DNA of 64,000 nt from Podarcis tiliguerta. Lineage: Eukaryota. The position numbers were made by a program, and so were the translations under genes. The notes under the pieces were generated by a model. The model had not been told where the DNA came from and searched no databases. It worked only from the letters and a program-made list of their open reading frames with translations. The stretch lies in NCBI GenBank assembly GCA_965153285.1, contig OZ229110.1. One strand, written 5' to 3'. The stretch's first letter is position 1, and each line of letters starts with the position of its first letter. Below are positions 23,911 to 35,148 of the stretch, piece by piece.

Positions 23911-24549
23911 TAAATATAAACATCTATTGACCCAAAAAAGGGTGTACAAATTTGGCTTGGCTCAGTAGTCAGCCATCGCTGGACTTCACCACTGATTCTT
24001 CACTTTGCCCAAGTCCTCTACACATGCCAGAGGATTCTGGGTAGGTCACATGTTGCTCTGTAGTTTAGAGAAGGAGCAGCACATGCTGCTTCTACATGCT
24101 CCAAAAATGCTTCAACACTGATCTGTGCAATAGGAATCTCATGCTGCACTGAGCAACAGGTGTTTTAGCCAACCAAAGTACAGTGTGAAAAAGACACTTC
24201 CCATAAGTTCTGCACAATTCATGGAGAACTTCAGGGAGGGATCGTTGTGCACATGGGCATCATGCTATGCCAAAGGTCTAAGCTACTTGCCCATGGTAAG
24301 CAGAAATGTGGAGGTCCAGCCAGACACAACTGGCACAACCAACCTGTGGCTTTCCACTGCAGCAAGGTATGACATACATGCATTTTTATGCCACTGGGTA
24401 AATGTATCTGGCAACCCTTGCTAAAATGCATGCATACATGCATTCAAGACTGTACGGATATTTGGGAAGTACTGGTATGCAAACAGTGATCATGTCTGGT
24501 ACATTACATGTACGGCTGCCCCCAAATCAGTAGATTCATCCTTTGCTAG

Positions 24550-24920
24550 AGTTTAACTGTGAGCAGCACTTCAGGGGTGAAGTCAAACCACTGTGTTAGC
24601 AGCACCAAAGTGACCTCTTTGGGGCGCAAGCGTGGTCAGTGGGGATGGAGGCCCTGGGCTTCCCCCTCTTGACCTTGCTGATATAGCCGAAAGGAAAGCA
24701 GAGCAATAAATCTGGCACTAGCCTGGCTGCAGGAGTTGCCGGAAGGAGGCATACAAGGCACCATCCAACCGTCTTAGGAACTCCATTCAGGATTTGTGTA
24801 GGATTTACGTCATAGCCTTGTCTTCTCCTGAAGATGTCCCACAAGGCAGAGGAGGTTTAGGATCAGTTTTCCTTCTCCTAGATAGGCTACCCTCCCAGGT
24901 TGACAAGTCCCATGTGCCCT
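24550..24920 (-). mobile_element. Second, partial copy of the Vingi/RTE-like short element
   Basis: Reverse complement is collinear with about 35345-35690. Confidence 0.65.
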
Positions 24921-25541
24921 GCTACAGTGCCAGCTTTGAATTTACGAATGGTGGCAGATGTATCCTGGCTACTAAAGTAGTCTTGCTCCTGCAGTAAATT
25001 CTTATCCTCTCTCAAGCCATCTAAATGTTTCCCTAGATACTGAAGTAAAAGTACAAAGCTGCACCTCAAACATCCTTGAACACCTATTTATTATTCCTAC
25101 AACTGTCCCTGGTTTGTGATGATGATGCAAAGGAGAGCCTTGCTGGTGGTGGCACCCCAGATTTGGAACTCCCTCCCTTCTAAGAGAAGACTGGTGCAGA
25201 CACAGTTGAGCTTCCTGCACCAGGTAAAGACTTGGCTATTTGCCCAGGCCTTTGCAGGAATGTAATGCCAGACTGGATTTTTTTCTCTCTTCAAATTGCA
25301 ATTCCTCTGCCTTGCTTTATGCATATTTTATTGTTATCTTCTCTGGAATTGCTTTTTGTAGCAAAGAGTGAAACGGAAAGGCTGTAAATAAAATAAATGG
25401 ATTCCTTTGCTTTGCCTCAAACCAGATGGCTTTGGATATTAAAAATCCCCAAGCAATGCATTAGATGAAAGATCCCTCTAATCCAGCACCACATACTTCA
25501 ACCCTCTGAAAGCAACACACAGGATCTGTGCCCGGTCTTAC

Positions 25542-25697
25542 CAGAAAGAGCGGCTGCGGCTCTAGTTTTAGCAGCAGCTGGAGCAGCAGGGGCAAGAGCC
25601 CAAGGATTGGTTTCACGAACTGGTATTGCTGTGGGTGCTACAGTAGTTTGAGCTGGTTTAGCAGTAAGCACACTGAAGGCAGAGGCAGTGCCATTAA
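25542..25697 (-). CDS. NUMB: NUMB alternatively spliced PRR-insert exon ('exon 9/12'), 156 nt, VNGTASAFSVLTAKPAQTTVAPTAIPVRETNPWALAP...AALS
   Basis: cattttag|TT acceptor and G|gtaaga donor. Symmetric phase 1-1 with length divisible by 3. PVRETNPWA motif present. Confidence 0.93.
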
Positions 25698-25726
25698 CTA
25701 AAATGGGAGCAGACAACATCAATGCT

Positions 25727-25795
25727 GTTAATTCATGCAAGGCATGCAGGTGACTGGGATGTTAAAAATAAATGTATGATTTCTGCCAACATGCA
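25727..25795 (-). promoter_or_regulatory. Splicing-regulatory cluster upstream of the NUMB PRR-insert exon: three TGCATG (RBFOX) sites and an ATTAAC (branch-point/QKI-like) element
   Basis: - strand TGCATG at 25734-25739, 25743-25748 and 25790-25795; ATTAAC at 25727-25732. Confidence 0.75.
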
Positions 25796-26712
25796 ACACA
25801 CATCAACATCTCAGCCACTCTTTCACACTGTTAATCTACTGACATTTTCTACGATGCAAATTACATTTCCTGTTGACTCAGGTGTTAAGACAACCAAGTA
25901 ATTTTTAACTATTTCTCCTAAGCAGAATGCAAATAAAATGACTTCCACATTTTATACTCAAATGTAACCCAATTTGTTTTTTATAACCTAATCAATACAG
26001 TTAAACTACTTCATCTGCACTGCAAATTCAAAGCCATTAATTACAGACTTCTACTATCCTACCCACATGCTTAAATTTAAAGTGTCCATGAAAAACCAAA
26101 GGACGTGAACTTCACGTTCCACACATTCTTACTTCTTCCTCTTCCTCCCCCATTTATTACTATTTTTATTATTACTTGCTTGACCATGAGCAACATTCTT
26201 ACTTCCTGAGCACTAAGGGTGTGGTTTGAATTGAGAAAGTGTGCAACAACTTGGAACTGTAAAGATCTTCTGGCTAATGAAATCAATTTCTACTCCACAA
26301 CCTGAAATTCTAACCACATTTTGTCTTTCACCAAAATTCGTTGTCTCAAGGATCCAGTCTTAAGTTACTTTGAGCAAAGCTATCAAAACTTTGAAGTTGA
26401 GAAACTAATAAAAATATTTTTTTTAAAAAAAAACGTTGAAGTTGCACCTCATTTAAATCAACACACCAATTGTTTTCAAGGCTAAAAATGTGATCTTCTC
26501 TTTGAAAACATTTTATATAATTAGTTGAATAGTTTTGGATGGGTCCTCATCTTTTGAGGAAAAGCATATAAAATGAGCAAAGCATAATGACTTCAGAGAC
26601 AGACAAGGCAGCTGCAAGACACTTAGAGACATTAAAGCAATGGCGGCGGAGGAAAGCAGCATTGCATATGTAACAAACACCATGAATGCACCCAAACTTA
26701 GAGAGGACACAC

Positions 26713-26862
26713 CTTGAAAAGCAGGAGACTGTGGTGCAACTACAGTGACTGGTTTTGTCATAGGGGCAGAGGTGAAAGGGTCCTCCGATGGTGTGCTAAA
26801 TGCATTTGTAATCTGGGAGCACAGGGAACTAATGCTATCCACTTCTCCTTCAACCTCAGGAA
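26713..26862 (-). CDS. NUMB: NUMB coding exon (VPEVEGEVDSISSLCSQITNAFSTPSEDPFTSAPMTKPVTVVAPQSPAFQ)
   Basis: ttttcag|TT acceptor and G|gtgtgt donor. Strong match to Numb. Confidence 0.96.
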
Positions 26863-27200
26863 CTGAAAATAAGAATAAAAATTGCACAGGAATGAAGTCA
26901 ACTGAATGCACAGGGCACATTCTTCTCTCCTCCCCCCACTCACATGATATTTCTATGGCTATGCAATATTGGATCGGCCCTAATTTAGCAATATCTAACA
27001 ACAACAACAACCCCCAAGAACTAAGTGTTTAATTCATTCCTCTGTGCAAGCACATGAATTAAAATATGCCAACTTAAACCACAATGCTCATGGCCCAGAC
27101 GTTCAGACCATACATTTCTACCTCTTAATGTGTTCCATGTATTTCAAACTGTAAAGGTATTTAACAATAGTAAATATTATTGGGCTAGGTATGTATATTA

Positions 27201-27320
27201 CAGTGGAACCTTGGTTGTCGAACGTAATCCATTCTGGAAGACGGTTCGACTTCTGAAACACTCGACAACCGAGGCACAATTGCCAGTCGGAAAAATCCAT
27301 TAAAAAAATGGAGAAACACA
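27201..27320. mobile_element. One end of a Tigger-like MITE (truncated)
   Basis: ta|CAGTGGAACCTTGGTTGTCGAACG terminus; no partner TIR seen. Confidence 0.6.
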
Positions 27321-27557
27321 GAAATATTATACAGAGGAAAGTTGATAGAAGTTAAGGTCACAATGTAAGTACACTTTGGTGCAGAGCCAACAACAAAATT
27401 GGTGCCTGACACTGACATTTCAAGAAAGAAACAGTGAAGATACGAGGGGTAGAGGATCATAACATCTCTTTACAGAGATCTCTCTCAAATGTGGTGATCA
27501 AGTGAGCTCAAACTGCATCCAAGTGTACTAAGGACATGGGGATAAATTTTGCCCTAC

Positions 27558-27857
27558 CTGAGTTTTTCATGGGGAAGTCGCTCTTCCTCTGAACCGTTGA
27601 AGGGAGCTCATTTATTCGCAAAGAGAGCTGTCGTTTAAATGGGGACATCTTCTGGCTAAGAGCAGGGAAACCTCTGAAAGAGCCTTGTCTGGCTAGTTGC
27701 TCTATGGGAGCATGTCTTCGTGGGATAGCATGGGGGTTATTTGACTCTTTGTCAGCAGAGGATGCAACCTCAGCACTAGGAGAGGTTGGGGAACTTGGTG
27801 ATGGGGCTGTATTGCCAGGCACAACACTCGACACCACCGCTTTCACATCAGTTTCAA
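27558..27857 (-). CDS. NUMB: NUMB coding exon containing the NumbF domain (NPHAIPRRHAPIEQLARQGSFRGFPALSQKMSPFKRQLSLRINELPST)
   Basis: ctcgcag|TT acceptor and G|gtaggg donor. RQGSF and RQLSL phosphorylation motifs present. Confidence 0.97.
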
Positions 27858-27999
27858 CTGCGAGAAAAAATAGCAGGAAAAAGTTAACACAGGGATCAAG
27901 ATAAAGAGACTTTTTTTATTATTGGGTTCTTTTAATCAAGATAAAGAGACCTTTTTATTATTGGGTTCTTCAGAGATTTTTTTTTAATTAATTAAAAAC

Positions 28000-28448
28000 N
28001 NNNNNNNNNNNNNNNNNNNNNNNNNNNNNNNNNNNNNNNNNNNNNNNNNNNNNNNNNNNNNNNNNNNNNNNNNNNNNNNNNNNNNNNNNNNNNNNNNNNN
28101 NNNNNNNNNNNNNNNNNNNNNNNNNNNNNNNNNNNNNNNNNNNNNNNNNNNNNNNNNNNNNNNNNNNNNNNNNNNNNNNNNNNNNNNNNNNNNNNNNNNN
28201 NNNNNNNNNNNNNNNNNNNNNNNNNNNNNNNNNNNNNNNNNNNNNNNNNNNNNNNNNNNNNNNNNNNNNNNNNNNNNNNNNNNNNNNNNNNNNNNNNNNN
28301 NNNNNNNNNNNNNNNNNNNNNNNNNNNNNNNNNNNNNNNNNNNNNNNNNNNNNNNNNNNNNNNNNNNNNNNNNNNNNNNNNNNNNNNNNNNNNNNNNNNN
28401 NNNNNNNNNNNNNNNNNNNNNNNNNNNNNNNNNNNNNNNNNNNNNNNN
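28000..28448. other. Assembly gap (N run), intronic
   Basis: Ns. The flanking NUMB exons join in frame, so no constitutive exon is missing. Confidence 0.99.
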
Positions 28449-28819
28449 TCTACAGTAATTGTTTTTTGCATTTTTATCATGACTAATGCAGAGACAGTGC
28501 TTGGTGCAATTAACTAGCCTCTTAATCTATCCAGGTTAGTTTAGCAAACATTTCAACGATCATAATGACTTGTTATGAATTCCATTTTCCATCTTCGCTG
28601 CTACTGCTCTGTTGTTTCAAGATCAGGTTGTAGCAAATCGCCTCTCATGTTGACACACTCTAAATGGGGCTGCCTTTGAAGACTGTTTAGAAATGTCATT
28701 TGGTTCAGACTGCTGCAGCTAGGCATCTTATGGGGGTATAGGGAAGTAGGACTCATGTTACTCCCCTTTTGTAACAAATGCACTGGATACCTATTCCTTT
28801 CTAAATGCAATTCAAAGTC

Positions 28820-29080
28820 CTCATTTTTACCTATAAAGACCTAAATGGCTTGTGGCCAGATTACCTGAAATGCCTCCTCCTCCTCCTCCTTCTTCCATAT
28901 AATCTTGCCTGAGAACGCAGATCTTTCACAGAGGCCCTTCTCAGTGTCCCTTCAGGTATCCATAACATATGACAGGGGCATTTCTGTAGCTGCCCCCACC
29001 TCTGGAGCTCCCTTGAGAGATCTGCACTGGTTTCATGGCTTGCGTTTAGGAAGGCAGTTAAAGCTGCTTCTTTTAGTCAA
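28820..29080 (+). mobile_element. Degenerate L2 LINE fragment
   Basis: CCTATAAAGACCTAAATGGCTTG.GGCCAGATTACCTGA...GACAGGGGCATTTCTGTAGCTGCCCCCACCTCTGG, typical of the end of L2 ORF2. Confidence 0.6.
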
Positions 29081-30080
29081 GATTTTAAGCCCTCTGAAAT
29101 ACTCTGCTGTGGGTTTGGTTGTTTGCTATTGTTTACATTCGAATTCACTACAAATGGCCCTCTAGAGCTGGATTTAAGTCTTTTATCTGTTTGAACATTT
29201 CATAGACATCACACAAAATAACAAGCCATTAATAAATGGCTTTTGCATAGCAAAGAGCCATGGAGATGCTGCATATTGATCTGCCAGAGATTTGACAGAA
29301 ATGTATAGGGAGCAATTCAGTGCTTCGCTGTTTCAAAAATTCCATCAGTTTAAGCATTCTTGCTTTCCCAATGGAATAATCTTCCCTCACATACTGTATT
29401 GCAGTTTCCCCCAGTTCCCCCCCCAACAAGCCAATTTGGGGAGGGGGGCAAGGAGAGGAGAGAAGGGGAAAGCCCCCATTGCAGTAGTGGAAGTCCCTGC
29501 GCAGGCTTCCACTAGCAGGACCACTTAGTAGAATCTGGTCTTCAGTGTGTCATTCCAGATAATGAAACTAAAATTGCAAACATCTTATCAGAATATTGTG
29601 TTCTACATTAAGCATTTTCCAGGCGTATTTGAATTAAATGTGGTGAAATAAGCAACAGGACGCCAAGATATGGGACAGAGAAGCTCATTTAAATGATAGC
29701 TCCAAGACCTGCCGCCTTCTTCCACTTCTTAATTTACACACTTCCCAACTGTATTGGTGCCTATGCAGCACACGCCTCTGAAGGAAACTAACATTCTCAG
29801 TCATTATTTAAAGGGCTGGGTGGGGGGAACCTAATATGTAGGGGGCAAATACATGTCTACAAAGTCAAGAGTGAAAATATAAGTGTACTTAAAGATTATC
29901 TGCTCTATCTTGTCATGAAGATGCAACCATTGTTTGCGAGTCTATGTGTTAAGACAGCTTCTATTCTTAACCAACTAGGTAAATCATTATTACTTTTTCC
30001 AAGATCACTGGCTCTGAAGTGTTGCAGGCCATGAAATCTGCAGGCGCTCCTTTAGTATTTAAGAAACCAAAGTATTAGAT

Positions 30081-30218
30081 TAAGAGTGGCAAAATTTTGG
30101 CCCTCCAGAGATCGCTGAACTGCAACTCCTACCTGTCCCAGCAAGAATGGCCAATGGCAAGGGATGATGGAAGTTGTAGCACAGCCCTTTCTAGAGGGTC
30201 AAAGGTTCTCCATGCCTA
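30081..30218. mobile_element. Short palindromic hAT-type MITE
   Basis: Same family as 3543-3676. Degenerate 8-bp TSD TATTAGAT/CATTAGAC. Confidence 0.72.
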
Positions 30219-30487
30219 CATTAGACAAATCAAGCTCAGAAACATGGGAAATTAAGGAGTTACACTAATCCCTCCTCCTCAATCTAACGCACAGAATACG
30301 CAACACACTATATCTCTGTTTCTGCAAAATCCAAAGCTCTCAGGGGCCTACTGAGGATATTTTAGGTCCAAAACCTTATCAAGAGGTATAATGAAGTTAT
30401 TTTGCAGTAGGGTATTTAAAATGACAGGCCAGGTAAAATGGTAGTTTGATTAAGAACTTCCCAATAGCCAGACTCGTACCACATTAC

Positions 30488-30689
30488 CTTTTGTGTCTTG
30501 TATCTGCCTCATGCCTTCCTCTCTTTCTGCTTGTTCAGTTGCTGTAGTAACCCTGAAAGACCCCTCTCTTGTGAATGTGGTTCTGCTGGCATCAAAGGTG
30601 GCAGTCACCCCACACTCCTTCTCTCTCTTTTGCTTTCGCTCCAAGCAGGCTGCAAACGCACAGCCAACTGCATGACTCAACCTCTCTCC
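30488..30689 (-). CDS. NUMB: NUMB coding exon (GERLSHAVGCAFAACLERKQKREKECGVTATFDASRTTFTREGSFRVTTATEQAEREE...)
   Basis: ttttcag|GG acceptor and G|gtaatg donor. Encodes the PTB C-terminal helix. Confidence 0.97.
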
Positions 30690-31205
30690 CTGAAAAGATA
30701 TTGCGTCATTTAGAAACCAAAATGGAACTACATATTTCCTCCAAACATTGCCAAATGATAGCTGGCACTCAGTGCTAGCTTCCCTTCGCTGTACAAATTC
30801 TGGTCAGCAGAATTCAGAACTATTACATCCAGTTAAAGCACAGGTTATGAGAGACATGAGACATACACATGGATTAAGACTTTAAATATATATTTTAGCT
30901 GCCAGGTGTTAATGCTGTTCAGTCAGCTCATATACTGAAATATTGGTGCTATAAAATCCATAATGCAGATACTGTACAATTTTTTAAAATGGCAATTCAT
31001 GCCATTAGGTTCCTTGTTTCTATTAAGAAACATACATGATTTACACTAGCTACAGCATTTTAACATTCCAGTTTCAAATATCTGAGCATGTTTAATGCAC
31101 TGCTCTTAAATGACAAGATTGCCACAAGAAAGCTAAATTTCTCTAGACAAGTGACATAATTTGGAAATGGCCTCTTGTTTTTTTGTGATCCTAAAAGCAG
31201 CTTAC

Positions 31206-31346
31206 CGTGTCCTTTACAGCCATAAAGCAGTGACATATCCAGCGTCGTGTTGTGCCATCTCGACAGATGTAAGAAAATGCCCTATCAAAATTCCTGTCCG
31301 GAGCACAGAAAGAAACCTTCTCTATTGTCTGATCAACTATAAGGTC
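31206..31346 (-). CDS. NUMB: NUMB PTB exon ([47 protein letters not shown])
   Basis: tctttag|GAC acceptor and ACG|gtaag donor. 141 nt, phase 0-0. Confidence 0.97.
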
Positions 31347-31898
31347 CTAAAGAAAAAAAACAAGAAAGATGATATAAGAAATTCAAATCATTACAGGAGC
31401 ATGGAATATACCACACAGTACATTTCTAGATTTCCTTCTTCCCTCTATCAGGTTAATACCAAAGTTGTACCTTTCAGTCTGCCGGATATATTTGCTTTAT
31501 ATATTTCCACATATATTCCACAGGGGTGACTTAAAAAAACAACTTTGGCTTCTCTTCAAAGGTCTGTGCAAGTGTATCCTCAAAATTATTGTACTGATTG
31601 GAGATTCAATGTTTGGAGACCTGTACTAATTCATCCAACCACCAAGGGGCAATATTACAATCAATTTCCCACATGAGCTGAAATATTACCATCAAGCATT
31701 ATAGAGTGTAGTAGCAGAGTTTTAATATTGGCATCTTTAAGCTAAGCTGTTTATTAAGCAGCAACCGGCTCTCAAGCATCCGTGGCAAAGTTCAGCTGCC
31801 TTTTAAAATAGTTAAATATATAACATCAGCAGCTCTAGAGAGAGTTTAGTTTATGGAAACAGAGGGCAGGTGAACCATTGGAAGCACAGGACTTTAAT

Positions 31899-32036
31899 CA
31901 GGTGTGGGAGAACTTTGGCCCTTCACATGCTGCTGTAGTGCAACCCTTACCACTCCTGCCAAATGGCCCTGCTAGCTCAAGCTGATGGGAGCTGAAGTCT
32001 AACAAAAACTGAAGGACCACAGGCTTCTGATTCCTG
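31899..32036. mobile_element. Short palindromic hAT-type MITE (degenerate)
   Basis: Same family as 3543-3676. Confidence 0.65.
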
Positions 32037-32103
32037 ACTTAGACAAAACTATAATAGTAAGACGCATAATAATACCACCACTTGACTTTCATATAAGGGC
32101 TTA

Positions 32104-32470
32104 AAAGGTAAAGGTAAAGGGACCCCTGACCATTAGGTCCAGTCGTGACCAACTCTGGGGCTGTGGCGCTCATCTCGCTCTATAGGCCGAGGGAGCTGGC
32201 GTTTGTCCACAGACAACTTCCGGGTCATGTGGCCAGCATGACTAAGCTGCTTCTGGTGAACCAGAGCAGCGCACGGAAACGCCGTTTACCTTCCCGCCGG
32301 AGCGGTACCTATTTATCTACTTGCACTTTGACGTGCTTTTGAACTGCTAGGTTGGCAAGAGCAGGGACCGAGCAACGGGAGTTCACCCCGTCATGGGGAT
32401 TCGAACCGCCAACCTTCTGATCGGCAAGCCCTAGGCTCTGTGGTTTAACCCAGAGCACCACCCTCGTCCC
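32104..32470 (-). mobile_element. Sauria SINE, full length (subtype A)
   Basis: Near reverse complement of 16172-16523. 14-bp TSD CATATAAGGGCTTA at 32090-32103 and 32471-32484. Confidence 0.94.
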
Positions 32471-34283
32471 CATATAAGGGCTTACATGCATTCAAAGCAT
32501 TTCACATACATTTTCAGGTCAAAAACCAGATATGCACATGTTTGCTAAAGATGCCGCTGCCAATTGGGGGTGCTGGGGGGGGTATTTTGTCATTAAATTT
32601 AGTGGGGGTGGAAGTGCAACCCTCCGCCTCCCTTGCTTTACCTCTGCTCTGCTGCTTTCAACCCTCTGTCCCTCAGGCTGTCTCAGATACTGAAATTAAT
32701 AAGGGAGGGGGGGTCTTCAAGCAGAATTCTGGGAAGGCGGCCAAGAGTCGCTTCCCCTCTGTACTCTTTTTTGTTTAAAAAAATGCATATAGATTCTTCA
32801 TCTCCACTTTACGATGAAAGTGGCAAATTAATGTTTACCAAATCTGCACACATCTGGTTTGGGGCCTCAGTAGCCCTTACAACAGCTCTATATTGTAAGT
32901 GGGGAGCTGAGAATCGGAGACATCTATACAGCAGGCTCATGCCCAACATTTGAATCATTAGCTTGCCAACTCGCATCTTATTCTCTTTCACTACGCAACA
33001 CATCAAATCGACTCTGAACCTGCATGGGGCTCTGGACTTGCACAGTGGGTATTAGTCACATGTATAAATATAATCATTGCCACAGTTTCCTTACGCTTCA
33101 ATGTACATCATTTCCACAGCTGTCCCTGGGATGCAGCTGCCTTCCACACTGACACAGAGGATCGAGGCAGCAGAGAGACAGAGTTGTATCATCTGTAGCG
33201 TCCCAAACAGTGCCACTACAGGGTATGATCCATCACAGAACCTCCTTATATTTGACATTAAATGGCAGCTGCAGCGGATGCAAACCTGTCCTTGGTTGGT
33301 GTTATTCCCCTCTGCAGATACCTCCACCTATTACTACTTTTTTTAAAAGGGAGGAGCAGAGAGCAAAGAACATAGGTGACCCCGAGCCTACTAGAGTCAC
33401 TGGCAAGACTCCCGCTGATCTCTGTGTGCTTACTGGGGAAAGGGACAAGTTGGGCTGCCAATTTTAAAAGAATAACTGTAACCCTCCTGCAATAAAATAG
33501 GATGGCACAAATATCACGCAAACATCATTTAAAACTAAAAATAGGATTGGACACATTTGGGTATTCAACTAAAAAGCCATATGCAGTTTTAAAAATATGC
33601 ACCTTCGGGATACGAATTAGCATATAAAGCGATATACAAATCATTAATTTTAATGCTCTCCCTTCAGTAATGCCTTAGAGATATTTTAAAGATTGAAAAC
33701 CTTGATTGAGAATTAATTTGAATTGCACTGGCTTCTAGAGCCTTCAAATAATACCTTCCTCACATATTTTATTCATTTCTCACTGCAATATTTTATTTTA
33801 CTTATTTTTTTAATATTGCCCTTCATCCAAGGATCGCAGGGCAGTTTACAATATAAAAACACAAAAATACACACCATAACAAATGTAAAAACAAACAAAA
33901 ACAACAATTCTCACACAGATTTTCAAAATCTTAGGATGCAGCAAGAAAGAAATTCAGATCAATCACATATCTGTATGCAGTTTAATCTCTTTCAGCTTTT
34001 CTGCAGGGACAGAAAGAACAGGATGAAACTGTTGCCTTCTCCCTATTTATTGCTATGACAAAAAACACTTTTCAAGCAAACAAAGCAAAACAAGAATTCA
34101 AAGGACCTAAGTTCACAAAGGCAGAAAAAGCCAAATAAAATTTGAGCCGTATGTAATTAGCATATTTCATTCGCTGAACTAGGCATGTATGAAGTTATTA
34201 AAACCCTGCAATAGAAGAAGCAGTGAGAACTACAGTGATTATCTGTACAGCTTATGATGGTTCCAAACCCAGCAGTGTCTAAC

Positions 34284-34358
34284 CTTTGTTTTCTCATCAA
34301 CAACTCTGAGTCCATCCGCTGAAACCCACAGGACGGCTTTAACTGCCTTCTTTCCGCT
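34284..34358 (-). CDS. NUMB: NUMB PTB exon (SGKKAVKAVLWVSADGLRVVDEKTK)
   Basis: Long pyrimidine tract then gcaag|AGC acceptor; AAG|gttaga donor. 75 nt. Confidence 0.95.
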
Positions 34359-35029
34359 CTTGCAGGGAAGAAAGAAAAAAGAAAAACAGTATTACTGCTG
34401 TGCTGTCAATAAGGCTGAATGCAGACTTCCTCTTTCCAAGAAGCACAAAAGTCAGTGTGCAGATGATATCCAACTTCAGTAGGAGTGCCCAAAGCCAGAT
34501 ATTCAGACCAAACAACAAAACCTCCAGAGAATCAAGCTGAAGCCAGCCTTTCAAGAACACAATGCAAAAGGAAGGGGGGAAAGAATAGAACAGGATGAGT
34601 CAAGTATGTTAATACATTCAAATAAAGGCAAAGAATTCAAGCTTAAATTCTTTACCTGTTTAAACACCAAATAAACTGTCAGTTAACACTGACGCTTAAG
34701 GAGTTACACCACAAGTAGCCTTTTTGCTGCCAGTTTTAGCAACAAGCATTCTAAGTCTGTCTTCCCATCACCCCAATGTTCTGTCCTGTGTCTCGTGCGG
34801 TAGCACTACCATCAAATGTGGAAGTACTTTACAGGATCGTAGTCAGCATAGGATTAGGGAAGTAGTTCCATTTCTCCTTGCGAAACGGAACTTTTGTCCT
34901 GTCCCCCCCATGTACCCCCTAAATCTGTTCCATGGGCTCTTCCATATTGGGCAAAAATATTCCAATTTAATTTAATTTGGTTTGATTTGTAATAATTTGG
35001 AAAATTAATAAAAGCAATCCAGAAAAAAA

Positions 35030-35095
35030 GATTCCTGCATTGCAGGAGGTTAGACACTATGACCCTCAGGATCCCTTCCAACTCTACTATTCAAT
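35030..35095 (+). mobile_element. CR1 3' tail
   Basis: GGTTAGACACTATGACCCTCAGGATCCCTTCCAACTCTACTATTC matches the CR1 terminal stem-loop and ATTCT tail pattern. Confidence 0.65.
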
Positions 35096-35148
35096 GCAAC
35101 TTTCAAATGACCCATAATGTGTGCCTGTGTACTGTATGCATTCGCTGG

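Noticed and set aside
27896-27970. ~37-bp tandem duplication (ATCAAGATAAAGAGAC...TTATTATTGGGTTCTT x2)
   Set aside because: Sits next to a gap edge, so it may be an assembly artefact; no function is evident.
27992-28480. ORFs containing X runs (also 39161-39402)
   Set aside because: Artefacts of translating assembly gaps.
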